DNA of 64,000 nt from an uncultured Gammaproteobacteria bacterium (GTDB taxonomy: Bacteria; Pseudomonadota; Gammaproteobacteria; HyVt-429). The notes under the pieces were generated by a model. The model made no database searches. It saw only the letters and a list, made by a program, of their open reading frames with translations, and had not been told where the DNA came from. The stretch covers positions 103,629 through 167,628 of the forward strand of contig CAMYOD010000018.1 in assembly GCA_947259975.1 (NCBI GenBank), given 5' to 3'. Shown piece by piece: positions 7,547 to 18,514 of this stretch; position 1 is the stretch's first letter; each line of letters starts with the position of its first letter. Position numbers and translations under genes: made by a program.

Positions 7547-9799
7547 ATGTCAAAAATGAACGCACAAGGCGACAGTTCTGTAAGCCGCTTGTCCATCTCA
7601 GGGATGAGCTGCGCCGGTTGCGTGGCGACGGTGGAGAACGCGCTGCGCGAGGTGCCGGGAGTGACGGCGGCGAGCGTGAACTTCGCCGAGCATACCGCGG
7701 AAGTCACGGGGCAGGTCGGCACCGAGCAGCTGGTAGAAGCGGTGCGGGAAGCCGGCTACGATGCCGCCGAGTTGCGCGGCCTGGCAGACGAGTCGCAGAA
7801 GGAAGCCGCTGAGTTCGCCCATTACCGCACCCTGTTGCGTAAGGCCGCGGTGGCGGGCGCGGTGGGTCTGCCCCTTTTCTTACTCGGCATCAGCGGTTAC
7901 ATGCCGAGCCTGGATACTGGGTTGGGGCGCGTCTTCTGGCTGATCGTCGGTGCCGCCACCCTTTTTGTGCTGATCTATTCCGGCGGGCATTTTTTCACCG
8001 GCGCCTGGAAGTCGTTCCGCAATCACAACGCCAACATGGACACCCTGATCGCCCTGGGCACCGGTTCCGCCTGGGTCTATTCCATGGCGGTGACCCTGTT
8101 TCCCGCCATCGTGCCCAGTCTGGCACGCCATGCCTACTTCGAGGCGGCCGCCATCATCATCGCCTTGATCAATTTCGGTTCCGCCCTGGAGATGCGCGCC
8201 CGCGGCAAAACCTCGGAGGCGATCAAGCGGCTGATCGGCCTGCAACCGAAGACCGCGCGCGTGATACGCGACGGCCAAGAGCTCGACGTGCCCATAGAGC
8301 GGGTGGGGTTCGATGAAACCCTGCGGGTGCGTCCCGGCGAAAAGATCCCGGTGGACGGGTCCGTGATCGAGGGTCACAGCAATGTGGATGAATCCATGTT
8401 GACCGGCGAGCCCATTCCGGTGCCGAAGCAAACTGGCGACGAGGTGGCCGCGGGCACCTTGAACAAAACCGGCAGTTTCTTGTTCAAGGCCACGCGCATC
8501 GGCCACGATACCGCGTTGGCCCGTATCATCGACCTGGTGCGTACGGCGCAGAACGCCAAGCCCGCCATTGGCCGGCTCGCGGATAAGATATCCGCGGTGT
8601 TCGTGCCCATCGTGTTGATCGTGGCGGTGTTGACCGTGCTCGCCTGGTTCAACTTCGGGCCCGAGCCGCGGGTCAGTTACATGCTGGTCACCGCCATGAC
8701 CGTGCTCATCATCGCCTGCCCCTGTGCGCTGGGACTGGCGACCCCCATTTCCATTATGGTGGGCGTGGGCAAGGCGGCGGAGTACGGCGTATTGATCCGT
8801 AACGGCGAAGCCCTGCAACAGGCCCGGCGCCTGACCACGGTGGTGCTCGACAAAACTGGCACGGTCACCAAAGGGCAGCCCACCGTGACCGCCCGCGTTC
8901 CGGTCGGTGACTGGAATGAGGACGAACTGCTGCGTATGGCGGCGAGTATCGAGACCGGTTCCGAACATCCCCTAGCCGAGGCCATCGTCGCCGCGGCGCG
9001 GGAGACGGAAGTGAGCTTGTCGCCAGTCGCCGGCTTCGCCGCCATTGCCGGTCACGGTGTCGAAGGTCGCGTCGACGATCGGACGGTTCTGTTCGGCAAC
9101 CAAAAACTGATGAATGATCGCGGCATCGGGCTGGGCGCGCTGACCGAGCGGGCGGCGGAACTCGCCGCGGACGGGCACACGCCCATGTATCTGGCGGTGG
9201 ACGGTGCGATCGCGGGCGTGGTGGCAGTGGCGGACCCGATCAAGGATGACTCCAGGTCGGCCATCGAGCGACTGCATGATGCGGGTCTCAACGTGGTCAT
9301 GCTCACCGGTGATAACCGTGCCACGGCTGAGGCGGTGGCACGGCAGGTCGGCATCGATGAGGTCATGGCCGAGGTGCTGCCAGGACAGAAGGCGGACAAG
9401 GTGGCCGCGCTGCAAGCGCGCGGCGCGATTGTCGGCATGGTGGGCGACGGCATCAACGATGCGCCGGCCCTGGCGCGGGCCGACGTGGGTTATGCCATCG
9501 GCACGGGCACCGACGTGGCCATCGAGTCCGCCGACGTCACCCTGATGCGCGGCTCCCTGCACGGCGTCGCCGATGCCATCGGCATCTCCCGGGCCACGGT
9601 ACGTAACATCAAACAGAACCTGTTCGGTGCCTTCGTCTACAACACCCTCGGCATTCCGGTGGCGGCCGGTGTGTTGTTTCCATTTATCGGCCTGCTGTTG
9701 AATCCGATAATCGCCGGCGCCGCCATGGCCATGTCCTCCGTGACCGTGGTCAGCAACGCCAACCGCTTGCGCTTTTATAAATCGGCACATACCTCGTGA
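7547..9799 (+). CDS. copA: Cu(I)-translocating P1B-type ATPase
   Basis: It has an N-terminal HMA (GMSCAGC), the CPC transmembrane motif ([13 protein letters not shown]), [16 protein letters not shown], and the P1B-1 signatures YN....P and MxxSS. I chose the ATG at 7547; the start is uncertain. Confidence 0.95.
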   Translation: MSKMNAQGDSSVSRLSISGMSCAGCVATVENALREVPGVTAASVNFAEHTAEVTGQVGTEQLVEAVREAGYDAAELRGLADESQKEAAEFAHYRTLLRKAAVAGAVGLPLFLLGISGYMPSLDTGLGRVFWLIVGAATLFVLIYSGGHFFTGAWKSFRNHNANMDTLIALGTGSAWVYSMAVTLFPAIVPSLARHAYFEAAAIIIALINFGSALEMRARGKTSEAIKRLIGLQPKTARVIRDGQELDVPIERVGFDETLRVRPGEKIPVDGSVIEGHSNVDESMLTGEPIPVPKQTGDEVAAGTLNKTGSFLFKATRIGHDTALARIIDLVRTAQNAKPAIGRLADKISAVFVPIVLIVAVLTVLAWFNFGPEPRVSYMLVTAMTVLIIACPCALGLATPISIMVGVGKAAEYGVLIRNGEALQQARRLTTVVLDKTGTVTKGQPTVTARVPVGDWNEDELLRMAASIETGSEHPLAEAIVAAARETEVSLSPVAGFAAIAGHGVEGRVDDRTVLFGNQKLMNDRGIGLGALTERAAELAADGHTPMYLAVDGAIAGVVAVADPIKDDSRSAIERLHDAGLNVVMLTGDNRATAEAVARQVGIDEVMAEVLPGQKADKVAALQARGAIVGMVGDGINDAPALARADVGYAIGTGTDVAIESADVTLMRGSLHGVADAIGISRATVRNIKQNLFGAFVYNTLGIPVAAGVLFPFIGLLLNPIIAGAAMAMSSVTVVSNANRLRFYKSAHTS

Positions 9800-10158
9800 G
9801 TGCCTGGGCGGTCAACCTCGCGGGAATGGCGGCGATCGCCGCGATCGTCTGGTGGTTCTGGTTGTCGCGACCCAATGCGCGGCGCCTGACGGGTGCAGGG
9901 CCGATCGAGGTTCTTGTGGACAACGGGGTTTACACGCCGGGCCGGATTGAAACGCCGGCCGGTCAGCCGGTCACGCTGCGTTTTGTGCGCAAGGACGCGA
10001 GTCCCTGTGCGGAGAAGGTCGTGTTCGATTCGCTCGGCGTCAGCGTGGATCTGCCTGTCGATGAACCACGGGACATTACGCTCACGCCGCCTGCCGCAGG
10101 CGAGTACGAGTTTACCTGCCAGATGCGGATGTACCGCGGTGCGCTGGTGGCGCGCTAA
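9796..10158 (+). CDS. Cupredoxin-like domain protein with an N-terminal TM helix
   Basis: Its start overlaps the copA stop (GTGA). It contains PVTLRF.....C.......GV...LP....D..L.P...[14 protein letters not shown], which is typical of the copA-adjacent cupredoxin_1 family. Confidence 0.75.
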   Translation: MSAWAVNLAGMAAIAAIVWWFWLSRPNARRLTGAGPIEVLVDNGVYTPGRIETPAGQPVTLRFVRKDASPCAEKVVFDSLGVSVDLPVDEPRDITLTPPAAGEYEFTCQMRMYRGALVAR

Positions 10159-10616
10159 TCACCCCGGGTGCGGGCGAAGATCTGGTAGACGTCCTCTTCC
10201 CAGGCCTTGAACGTGTCGGTGAGCGCCGGGTCTGGAAAAAAGGTGGCAAGCGTCGCAGGATTCATGGTGACCAGCAGGGTCTCGTCCAGCTCGGCGAAAA
10301 TAGTGACCTTAAGGGGCATGAAGGGTATCAGCTCCGGGTAGCGCTTGGGCAGCCGCTCCATCTGTTCCGGTTTGCCGAAAAACACCACCCGATATTGCGC
10401 GGTCTCATAGCCGAGCTTGCTCATGCCCACGTCGATGCGCTGTACCCGGGCGAGTTTGTAGCCCTGTTCGCGAATCGCCTCTTGCAGGGCGTTCATCGCC
10501 TCCGGGAACGCGGTCGGCACCCGTGCCATGATCAGCTCATCGGCGAAGGTCGGGGCGGCGCCCGCTGCCAGCGCCGTAAACACGATACCCATGAGCAGCC
10601 GTCGTACGCGCATCAT
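10155..10616 (-). CDS. Secreted DUF302 domain protein
   Basis: It has the signal peptide MMRVRRLLMGIVFTALAAGAAPTFA and the DUF302 core (PLKVTIFAELDETLLVTMNP). Its ATG overlaps the upstream stop (ATGA). Confidence 0.8.
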   Translation of the reverse strand: MMRVRRLLMGIVFTALAAGAAPTFADELIMARVPTAFPEAMNALQEAIREQGYKLARVQRIDVGMSKLGYETAQYRVVFFGKPEQMERLPKRYPELIPFMPLKVTIFAELDETLLVTMNPATLATFFPDPALTDTFKAWEEDVYQIFARTRGD

Positions 10617-11668
10617 AGTGTCGCCTCCTCCAGGATGGCCATATAGATGCCGTACATCTTCTTGCACATCTCGTTTAGTTCCGCGTTGTTGAACATGGCG
10701 CTGAGGCGTAGTGGATTGGCGATCATCACCTGGGTCTTGCCCGCGTGTTCGGCGATGGTAATCCGGCACGGCAGAAACAGCCCGATGCGTGGATCGACCT
10801 TGAGCGCCTCATTGAGAAAGCTGAAGCTGCAGGCATAGACCAGCACCCGTTTCTTGTTGGCCTTGCCTTCGGCGACGAAATCCTGATCCAGGTACTGGGT
10901 GCGAATCAGGCGGAAGTTGGCACCGAGGATCGCGTTTTTCACGTTCGCCACGGTCTCCTCGACGCTATAAGGCGATTCCTGAACCAGCACAGCCGACTCC
11001 GCCTCGAGGATCGAAGCGCTGGCGTCGGGCGGCAGGTCGCCAAAGGCGCGCACGAACGCGACGACGTCGTCGATGTCCTGCTCGGTCAGGCCCGCCTTCA
11101 GAAATGAATACATCGGCGTGCCTTCGCGGCCCTCCATGAGGGTGGCCTTGATGAACGCATCCGTCGCCGATGCGAGGAAGCCCGGATTGTTGATCGCCGG
11201 CGCAATGATAGGTAGATCCCGGGGTCGCGACATCGTAACACCGGTGCCTTGACCGCCTTCGCCCCGGGCGCCGTGACAGGCGGCGCAGTGTTGCTGGTAC
11301 AGTTTGTCGCCACGCTCGGTGTCGCCTTTGATGCGCGTCGTCGCATAAGTCGGTGCCGGTTGTTTGCTCCAGTCGCGGACGTGCGCAACAACCGCGTTGA
11401 CCTCCGCGTCGCTCAGGCGTTTGAACGCCGGCATCACGCGACCGGGGCGTCCGATGCGGATCGATTTCGCCAGATAGTCGTCGGAGACGCTGTCCAGAAA
11501 AGACGGTAGCGCCAGCGGCACGCCGACCCCGCCATTTCCGTCCTGGCCGTGGCATACGGCACAATGTCGTTTGTAGAGTTCAGTACCGTCCGGCGCCGCG
11601 AGCGCGGGCAGGATGCTCACTGATATATATAGTAGGGCGCCGCAAGCAACGCGAGAGAAACAAGCCAT
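10613..11668 (-). CDS. Diheme cytochrome c fused to a C-terminal DUF302 domain
   Basis: It has a signal peptide from the ATG at 11668, the heme sites CAVCHGQDGNG and CAACHGARGEG, and a C-terminal DUF302 (LFLPCRITIAEHAGKTQVMIANP). Confidence 0.8.
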   Translation of the reverse strand: MACFSRVACGALLYISVSILPALAAPDGTELYKRHCAVCHGQDGNGGVGVPLALPSFLDSVSDDYLAKSIRIGRPGRVMPAFKRLSDAEVNAVVAHVRDWSKQPAPTYATTRIKGDTERGDKLYQQHCAACHGARGEGGQGTGVTMSRPRDLPIIAPAINNPGFLASATDAFIKATLMEGREGTPMYSFLKAGLTEQDIDDVVAFVRAFGDLPPDASASILEAESAVLVQESPYSVEETVANVKNAILGANFRLIRTQYLDQDFVAEGKANKKRVLVYACSFSFLNEALKVDPRIGLFLPCRITIAEHAGKTQVMIANPLRLSAMFNNAELNEMCKKMYGIYMAILEEATL

Positions 11669-11805
11669 TATGGAACCGTGTCGTGGGGGGAGTGATCCGG
11701 GATCGATGCTGGATAGTATATCGCAAGCCGGCCAGGCGCGTTGACAAACGTCATTGATTGCCGTCGATGCCCGTGTTCTGTAGGGGCCGGCCGGCGCGAT
11801 CGTGG

Positions 11806-12258
11806 CTAAGCCCAATGCTTCATGAGCATGACCAGGGCGATCAATATCAATCCGATCAGGGTGTTGATGCCGATCATACGGCGAATCTGGCCCAGCTGTT
11901 TGCCGGCGGCCGGAATATCACCGGCTGTCAGTGCGGCATTCAGGCGGCGGTAGGGTGCGAAAAAGACATGCAGGAAAATCAGGATCATGACGATTCCCAG
12001 CGCCTGCATGATATGGACATAAAGCGGGACACCGGCAAACCCACCCATTTTGAACACCATGAAGTAGCCGCTCGCCGGCAGCAGGACGACCGCGACCCAG
12101 ACCCAGGGAAAAAAGCGCGCGAAGGTGCGGGCCCACAGGGGCAGGCGCTGAGCCGGCTCGAGGTCCATAGCGGCCGGGCGCTGCGCCATATAGGCGAAAA
12201 ACATGCCGCCGACCCAGATGACCGCCGCCAGCAAATGTAAAGTCATCGCAATTGCCAT
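11806..12258 (-). CDS. CopD-family-like 4-TM membrane protein
   Basis: It is a 150-aa protein starting LHLLAAVIWVGGMFF, with 4 predicted TM helices. It is the first gene of the minus-strand cytochrome/DUF302 operon. Confidence 0.6.
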   Translation of the reverse strand: MAIAMTLHLLAAVIWVGGMFFAYMAQRPAAMDLEPAQRLPLWARTFARFFPWVWVAVVLLPASGYFMVFKMGGFAGVPLYVHIMQALGIVMILIFLHVFFAPYRRLNAALTAGDIPAAGKQLGQIRRMIGINTLIGLILIALVMLMKHWA

Positions 12259-12496
12259 TATTCAACACTCCCACCGATCCGCCTGTTGGAGCGCGCTTTA
12301 TACGCGAACGTCGGTGCGGCTGTCCAGTGACGGCGGTGCTGGCAAGGTAATTGCATATTTCCGATCGAGGTCGCGGTATGCCGCGCCCAAATCGAGCTGC
12401 GTCCCTGGGGAGGCAGCCGCCGGCAACGAACCCCTGACGCCCGGCCACGGCAGGCGTCATGTTTTCGTCGCTCAATATGGTTGAGATGAGGAATCA

Positions 12497-13690
12497 ATGA
12501 TGCTCAAGAAGCTCAAGCCCAGCATTCTCCGTGACCTCGTGCTGGCTTTCATATTTCTTGGTGTGGCTGTTGGAGCCATATTCCCTTTTGTTGCAGACTT
12601 ATTCGTCGAATGGAAGCCGAACGCCAAGCCCTGGTTTTTCGCACTATGTATCGTCGCCGGGATGATCGTCGCGGTGACAAATTTCCTTATTGTGAAACGG
12701 GTTCTACTCAACCGTCTGAAGCAGATTTCCAGATTAGCCCAGGCGGTCAGTAGTGGTGACATTCGTGAGCATGCGGCGCTCCGGAGTGACGACCTTATCG
12801 GTGAGATCGTCAGCAGCTTCACTGAAATGTCATCCAATCTGCGCATGATGATCGGCAACATTTCGGAATCGACCGACAAGCTTACAGAGTCGGCGGACGC
12901 CATGGCGAGCGTCAGCGATGCGACCCATAACGACGTCGAAGCACAGCAACAACAGCTCACTCAAGTCGTGAGTGCAACCAATCAGATGTCAGAGACGGTT
13001 CAGGAGGCGGCACGCACGACCGCGGAGGCGGCAAACGCCGCCGGTGAGGCCAGCGAGGAGGCCACGCGGGGCGCCAGTCAGGCCAATTCCGCAACCACGG
13101 CGATCGAAAAGCTGAACGAGGCAATACAGAACGCCGCCGAGGTCATCGGTAAGGTTGAGGAGGAAAGCAGCAACATTGGCGTGGTGCTCGAAGTTATTCG
13201 CGGTATTGCCGAACAGACCAACCTTCTCGCCTTGAACGCCGCCATCGAGGCCGCGCGCGCGGGTGAGCAGGGCCGTGGATTTGCGGTGGTGGCAGATGAG
13301 GTGCGCACACTCGCCAGCCGCACACAGCAGTCGACGCAGGAAATTCAGGAAATGATTCAGCGACTCCAGGAGCAGACACGTTCCTCGGTCGAGGTGATGA
13401 AGTTTGCCGACAGCCAGGTCAGCGTCAGCGTGGAAAAAGTCGGCGATGCCGCCGGATCGCTCAATCAGATTGCCGGTGCCGTGCAGCGCATCACCGAAAT
13501 GAACAACCAGATTGCCGAGGCGGTCGAACAACAAAGCGCCTTTGCCGACCGTATCAGTCGCAATGTTGTCAGTGTCAGCGAGGTAGCTGACCATGCGGCG
13601 GCGAGCACAGAAAAGAATTCTGCCGCCAGCGGCGAGGTTAAGCGACTCGCCAGCGATCTCAAGCAGTTGGTTTGCGAATTCAAAACTTAA
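12497..13690 (+). CDS. Methyl-accepting chemotaxis protein (short N-terminal membrane module, HAMP, signalling domain)
   Basis: It carries the highly conserved MCP hairpin tip [39 protein letters not shown]. Confidence 0.9.
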   Translation: MMLKKLKPSILRDLVLAFIFLGVAVGAIFPFVADLFVEWKPNAKPWFFALCIVAGMIVAVTNFLIVKRVLLNRLKQISRLAQAVSSGDIREHAALRSDDLIGEIVSSFTEMSSNLRMMIGNISESTDKLTESADAMASVSDATHNDVEAQQQQLTQVVSATNQMSETVQEAARTTAEAANAAGEASEEATRGASQANSATTAIEKLNEAIQNAAEVIGKVEEESSNIGVVLEVIRGIAEQTNLLALNAAIEAARAGEQGRGFAVVADEVRTLASRTQQSTQEIQEMIQRLQEQTRSSVEVMKFADSQVSVSVEKVGDAAGSLNQIAGAVQRITEMNNQIAEAVEQQSAFADRISRNVVSVSEVADHAAASTEKNSAASGEVKRLASDLKQLVCEFKT

Positions 13691-13818
13691 GGATTCACGC
13701 GATCGGCTTGCCAGGCTAACAACAGCCGCCACGACCACTTTCGGCGGCGGTGTGCCGCACCCTTTGATATCCAGTCAGTGCTCAGCGCGGCACGTCTCGT
13801 CTATTTATTCACCTCGAC

Positions 13819-15885
13819 TCAAGCGCAATAGCCGTTTCCGCTTACCCCGGGGTCTCGCGCATAACGCCCGCAAAGGGCATCCAACATATTCCGCCATGGA
13901 CCGGGGCTGGTTTCGATTTCGGCATCGCGCCAGGTCTTTCTGCGCGCCATGTCGACGAGCACCAAAGACCACTTCTCCTCCGGCGCCGGAAGCAGGGCCA
14001 AAGTCCAGTTCTGCAGGCGCACGGCGCGTTGCTTTCGCAGCAGCAGGTCGCGTACAGAGTCGGGTCGCAGGGTCAGTCGACCGGACGGATGGATGTCATA
14101 GAAGCTCACGCCCTCGTGCAGCACATTGGCGAGCTTCGGATGGTAGGCGAGTATCGACGGTAATGAGATGCCCGATTCGAAGAAGATATGACGATCCGCA
14201 CTCAAGGATGTCACTCCGTCTACCAGATAGGGTTTAAGCGAGATCCCATCGAATTCATGCGCTGCGGTCACCCCGTCGGCGAAATCAAGCAAGGTCGGCG
14301 CCACATCGACCAGCGACACCGGCGTATCGATGCGCCGCGCGGGGAGTTTCTGCTTGCCGTAACCACGCAGCGCGAGTAACACCCGATACTGTGCCGCGTT
14401 CAGCACGTGCGTGCCGTGGCCGGGCAGAGTGATGGACGGCGGCGGCGGGCCGCCCGACGACGCGGGGGTCAGTGTGTCTTGATCAAAGATGAAGCTCTCG
14501 CCGTGATCGGATATCAGCACCACGATCGCATTGTCCAGATAATGCCTTTCCGCGAGCAGATTCATCAGTCCATTGAATTGTCGGTCCACCCGATGCACCG
14601 CAGCAAGATAATCGCTGCGTTTTCTGCTCAGCGCGGATGCCTCTGCCGCAGCCTTGTCGTGACGTTGTGATTCGGCCCACACATACGGGTAGTGGGGTAG
14701 ACAGAAATGTACCGCCAGAAATACCGGCTGTGTCGTCTCACCCTGCAGCAGCGTATCCAGTCTTGCGTCGAAGAGCTCCGGCCGATAGGTGATATGCGCG
14801 GCACGGTTTCCGTGGCTATAGGGAAACAGGATGTCACCCAACCGGGTGTTGACCAACAGATTAATCAGCGGCCAGTCATTCAATGTTCCAAGCAGAAAAT
14901 CCGCGGCGCCGATGGGTGGCGAGTCCACTTCATCGAAGCCAAAACTGGTATCTATATTGCTGAACCGGGTTTCATCCGTTGCATAGATCGTTTTATAACC
15001 CGCGGCGCGGAAGGCATGCGCGATCGATTGCTCTGGTTCGAATTGTTCCGGCGGCACCAGGTTGAAGCGGGCGCCATGATGGATCGGTTCCAGGCCGGTG
15101 AGCACCGAGACCCATGACGGGAAGGTGCGTGCCAGCGGCGTGGTGGTCTGCTCGAAGACAACGGACTCATCCAGAAAGTACGTCAGCGCCTCAGCTGTTG
15201 CCTCTGTATAACCTGTCGACAGTATATCCGGCCGCAGGGAGTCGATGCCGATAATCACCACGTTCGGTTGTGTGACCGTAGTGTTTGCCGGCGCATATAC
15301 AGGTTCGGCGGAACGAAATGCCAATATCGAGGCGATACCGATGGCCGCGAGGCCACCCAACACATATCGGTAGCTGCCACGGGACAACAAGGCGCGAGCG
15401 GAGACGAATAGCGACGCGAGGATTACACCGCCGAGTATGAGCGACAGGATAGCCAGCCCCCAGCCGATGGTGCCGGGCGCACCGGCTAAAGGCAGTGTGG
15501 CGGAAAAAATCGACTGCGGGAAAAATCGTCCATGCAGCAGCAGGATCCACCAAAATGCGAGAAGATAAAACACAATACCGCGCGCATAGTAGATGAAGTG
15601 ATCCTTCGTCAATCGGGAGCCGATGGGGTGATAAATCAGCCAGAGCGACAACGAGAAAACCAGATGTACCAGTAGAGCCGCGCCCACATACCAGCCGGTC
15701 GCCAGCAGCGGTTTGCCTGCGGTATGAATGCTGTGCCATGGAAACGTCGTTACCAAGGGGCCGTTGAAGACTTCCAGGTAGCGAAACAGCGCGATCAGCA
15801 AAGGGGTCAGGCCTACCGCAATACCCAGGCACAAGTAGGTGATAAGGAGTCGCCTTGCGGTTGTGGACGGTATTCGAGTCATCAT
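13819..15885 (-). CDS. Membrane-anchored sulfatase / alkaline-phosphatase superfamily protein (LTA-synthase or phosphoethanolamine-transferase-like architecture)
   Basis: It has an N-terminal multi-TM region followed by VVIIGIDSLRPD and VVLISDHGESF, which are sulfatase-family metal and nucleophile motifs. Confidence 0.8.
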   Translation of the reverse strand: MMTRIPSTTARRLLITYLCLGIAVGLTPLLIALFRYLEVFNGPLVTTFPWHSIHTAGKPLLATGWYVGAALLVHLVFSLSLWLIYHPIGSRLTKDHFIYYARGIVFYLLAFWWILLLHGRFFPQSIFSATLPLAGAPGTIGWGLAILSLILGGVILASLFVSARALLSRGSYRYVLGGLAAIGIASILAFRSAEPVYAPANTTVTQPNVVIIGIDSLRPDILSTGYTEATAEALTYFLDESVVFEQTTTPLARTFPSWVSVLTGLEPIHHGARFNLVPPEQFEPEQSIAHAFRAAGYKTIYATDETRFSNIDTSFGFDEVDSPPIGAADFLLGTLNDWPLINLLVNTRLGDILFPYSHGNRAAHITYRPELFDARLDTLLQGETTQPVFLAVHFCLPHYPYVWAESQRHDKAAAEASALSRKRSDYLAAVHRVDRQFNGLMNLLAERHYLDNAIVVLISDHGESFIFDQDTLTPASSGGPPPPSITLPGHGTHVLNAAQYRVLLALRGYGKQKLPARRIDTPVSLVDVAPTLLDFADGVTAAHEFDGISLKPYLVDGVTSLSADRHIFFESGISLPSILAYHPKLANVLHEGVSFYDIHPSGRLTLRPDSVRDLLLRKQRAVRLQNWTLALLPAPEEKWSLVLVDMARRKTWRDAEIETSPGPWRNMLDALCGRYARDPGVSGNGYCA

Positions 15886-16373
15886 GTCGTAATCGAGATT
15901 GACGAATCATCGATCGCGCCACGATCGGGGACGCAACAATAATCCTTCAGCGCGGGTATTATATACTTTACCGACGGCAACGATGGCTGGATCTTATCCG
16001 CAGCGTGCTGGTTTCAGGTGTCTCGCGATACAGGTGAAATGTTGTGGTTGCCTTGCGTGGGGGTGCTTTCCGCGTGAGCGCGTATACGTTACATCAGCCT
16101 CCGCTTTTCCGCCCGCCCGTCAATGTCTTGACAATATACATGGCTTGCTGAAAACTGCCTATCTAGGGTCATGGGCCCGGCGTGAGTCGCGTAAATTGGG
16201 GCATTCGGGATGTACGTATCTTTGATCCGGATCAAGGTTTTTCCGATCTAAAAGGCGAATGATGGCTGCAAGAAGTGGAGTCGCGAGATCGGCATTGACC
16301 CGGTGTTTCATGATTGAAGACTTAACGACGAATATAACTAACGACGTTTATTTATAGTGAGGGGGTAGTAGAC

Positions 16374-16559
16374 ATGCGTAAGTTGATTAAACGGCTCTTT
16401 TCTGATGAATCCGGCGCAACGTTGGTCGAGTACGGCTTGTTGATCGCGCTGATCGCCGCGATCGCCGTCGGCGTCATTGCAGTCATTGGTGGCCAGGTGC
16501 AGGACGGATTTCAACAGGTCTCCGATGCCATGACCAGTGCCGGCATTACCGGTAGCTGA
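16374..16559 (+). CDS. flp: Flp family type IVb pilin
   Basis: It has the Flp motif ESG/ATLVEYGLLIALIAAIAV. A strong SD (GAGGGGG) lies upstream. Confidence 0.85.
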   Translation: MRKLIKRLFSDESGATLVEYGLLIALIAAIAVGVIAVIGGQVQDGFQQVSDAMTSAGITGS

Positions 16560-16606
16560 GGGCCGCGCGCCGACACTACAGCAATAATCGTCGCGGTGTT
16601 ACGAAA

Positions 16607-16816
16607 ATGATTCGTAAGCTGTGCCGCGCAGTGTATACCCGATCGCGGGCGTTTGTGACGGATCAATCGGGGGCGGCAATCATCGAATACAGCGTGCTCG
16701 TGGCCCTGATCGCCGCGATCGCGATTGCCGTCGTTGTTATCGTAGGGAATCAGGCAACGAGCGGGTTCGACGATGTCAGTCAAAGTTTGACGAGTGCCGG
16801 CTTCACCGGCAGCTGA
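16607..16816 (+). CDS. flp: Second Flp family pilin (paralog)
   Basis: It carries QSG/AAIIEYSVLVALIAAIAIAVV. It lies 47 nt after flp-1. Confidence 0.8.
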   Translation: MIRKLCRAVYTRSRAFVTDQSGAAIIEYSVLVALIAAIAIAVVVIVGNQATSGFDDVSQSLTSAGFTGS

Positions 16817-16978
16817 CTGTTCGCCGACTTGCCAGAACATAATCACGGGTCATGGATGACCGCCGAATCTCGGTAACCGCTTCAGCTTCACGGGAGCACC
16901 GGCGTGCAACAGGCGCCGTGGGCGCGGTACCCGTAAAAGCCGCAATCGAACTTAATCGTTTTGGCCCCGGGGGGGGTT

Positions 16979-17503
16979 ATGCCGGAACTTCCTGTCGTAA
17001 TCGCGCTGACCGTGTTACTCGCGGCGTCGGTAGCGATCGATGTTCGCCACTATCGAATTCCGAATTGGCTGTCCTTGGGCGGCTGCCTGGTGGCACTGGC
17101 CATGCATTTTGCGCTCGCGGGCGTGGACGGCTTGTTGGCGGCGGGCGGCGGCCTGCTGATCATGCTGCTTTGCACCCTGCCATTCTTCGCCCTCGCCTGG
17201 TTGGGGGGTGGCGATGTCAAACTCATTGCCGCGGTCGGTGCATTCGTCACCATGGATCTGGCGTTGCCCGTGTTGTTCGGTATCTTTGGCGCGGGCCTGA
17301 TAACCGCACTGGTCGCTCTGGCCAGGCAGGGTGTATTGGTGCGTGCATTGAAGCGCTATTGGGCCATGCTGTCGCTTGCGGGTGTTGCGCGTGGCCGCGC
17401 GTATATCGGGCCGACGGCGGCGGAACAAATCACGGTGCCATATGCCATAGCGATTGCTCTTGGAACCGTTGCGGTACTCATACTGCTGTCGCCTGGAAGG
17501 TAG
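16979..17503 (+). CDS. cpaA: Prepilin peptidase, A24 family (CpaA/TadV)
   Basis: It is a polytopic membrane protein with the D-containing motifs (AIDVRHYRIPN, GGGDVKLIAAVG). Confidence 0.8.
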   Translation: MPELPVVIALTVLLAASVAIDVRHYRIPNWLSLGGCLVALAMHFALAGVDGLLAAGGGLLIMLLCTLPFFALAWLGGGDVKLIAAVGAFVTMDLALPVLFGIFGAGLITALVALARQGVLVRALKRYWAMLSLAGVARGRAYIGPTAAEQITVPYAIAIALGTVAVLILLSPGR

Positions 17504-17637
17504 TCAGACGCAGGCGCATCTTCCGGCGTCAGAACAAGAAAGCGCCCACTCGCGGGCGCTAAGATAGTTCGCGAGCGATTTTGACCTGTCGGGTCGCTGT
17601 ACGCCAGGGCCGCCGACATAAAACAGGGGATATAAAA

Positions 17638-18468
17638 ATGCAGAGTCGCGCTATAGTGATGTTGGTGATCGCGTTGCTGTTCGGTGGTATCGCGGTCTTC
17701 CTGGTCAACTCCCTGCTCACGCGCCAGCTCGAGGAGCAGACGAAGGTCACCAAACTCACCACCCAGAAGGTAGCCGTGGCGGCAGCGGATCTGGATGTGG
17801 GCACACGACTCGAGCAGAGTCTGCTGAGTGTCGTCGATTGGCCGGAATCATCTGTGCCGGCCGGTTCGTTTTCCGGCACCCGCGCCCTGGTAGGCGAACA
17901 GCCACCCATTGTGCTGCGCGAAATTCGCAAAGGCGAACCGATTCTCTCCTATAAATTGTCGCCGCACGGTGCGCGCGGCGGCTTGACGATCAAGATTCCG
18001 GCTGACAAACGCGCCATCACGATTCCGGTCAATGAGGTGCGTGGTGTCGGCGGCTTCGTGCTGCCGGGTGATCGGGTCGATGTGTTGTTGACCACGGACA
18101 CGGGCCGGGCGAACAATGATTTCGTTACCCGCACCCTGATGGAAGCCGTCACCGTGTTGGGCGTCGATCAATTGAGTTCGGAAGAGGAGGATGAGCCGCG
18201 CGTGGTCAATGCAGTCACGCTCCTGGTGACGCCGGAGGAGGGTGAAAAACTGACCCTCGCGCAAAAGGTCGGTAACCTGACCTTGCTGCTGCGTAACGAG
18301 GCGGATATAACCGTGGGGCAAGGCGGTGTTACTACGCTGTCGGCGTTGCGATACACCGCGCCACGCAAGTCCGGAGTAAAACGTGTCGCGCGCGGGCCGT
18401 CCGGCCCGAGCGTGCAAGTCATCCGGGGCTTAAAGGTGTCCCGCCAGAAAGTCAGGGATGCGCGGTAG
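17638..18468 (+). CDS. cpaB: Flp pilus assembly protein CpaB/RcpC
   Basis: It has an N-terminal TM helix, a SAF-like domain, and the RcpC C-terminal region (VTLLVTPEEGEKLTLAQKVGNLTLLLRN). Confidence 0.85.
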   Translation: MQSRAIVMLVIALLFGGIAVFLVNSLLTRQLEEQTKVTKLTTQKVAVAAADLDVGTRLEQSLLSVVDWPESSVPAGSFSGTRALVGEQPPIVLREIRKGEPILSYKLSPHGARGGLTIKIPADKRAITIPVNEVRGVGGFVLPGDRVDVLLTTDTGRANNDFVTRTLMEAVTVLGVDQLSSEEEDEPRVVNAVTLLVTPEEGEKLTLAQKVGNLTLLLRNEADITVGQGGVTTLSALRYTAPRKSGVKRVARGPSGPSVQVIRGLKVSRQKVRDAR

Positions 18469-18514
18469 TAGCCATATGCGGCGCATCATCCGGGGCAGGT
18501 TGTAAGGGGGAACA

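Noticed and set aside
7880-8968. 362-aa ORF on the minus strand across copA
   Set aside because: It is antisense to a P-type ATPase gene with unmistakable motifs. The Arg/Gly/His/Asp-rich low-complexity translation is typical of shadow ORFs in high-GC DNA.
10155-10158. Four-nucleotide overlap of convergent stop codons (CTAA) as a special regulatory feature
   Set aside because: It is real in the sequence but most simply reflects compact gene packing. It is noted inside the DUF302 operon finding rather than as a separate signal.
12989-13738. 249-aa minus-strand ORF across the MCP signalling domain
   Set aside because: It is antisense to the highly conserved MCP hairpin region and has no independent support.
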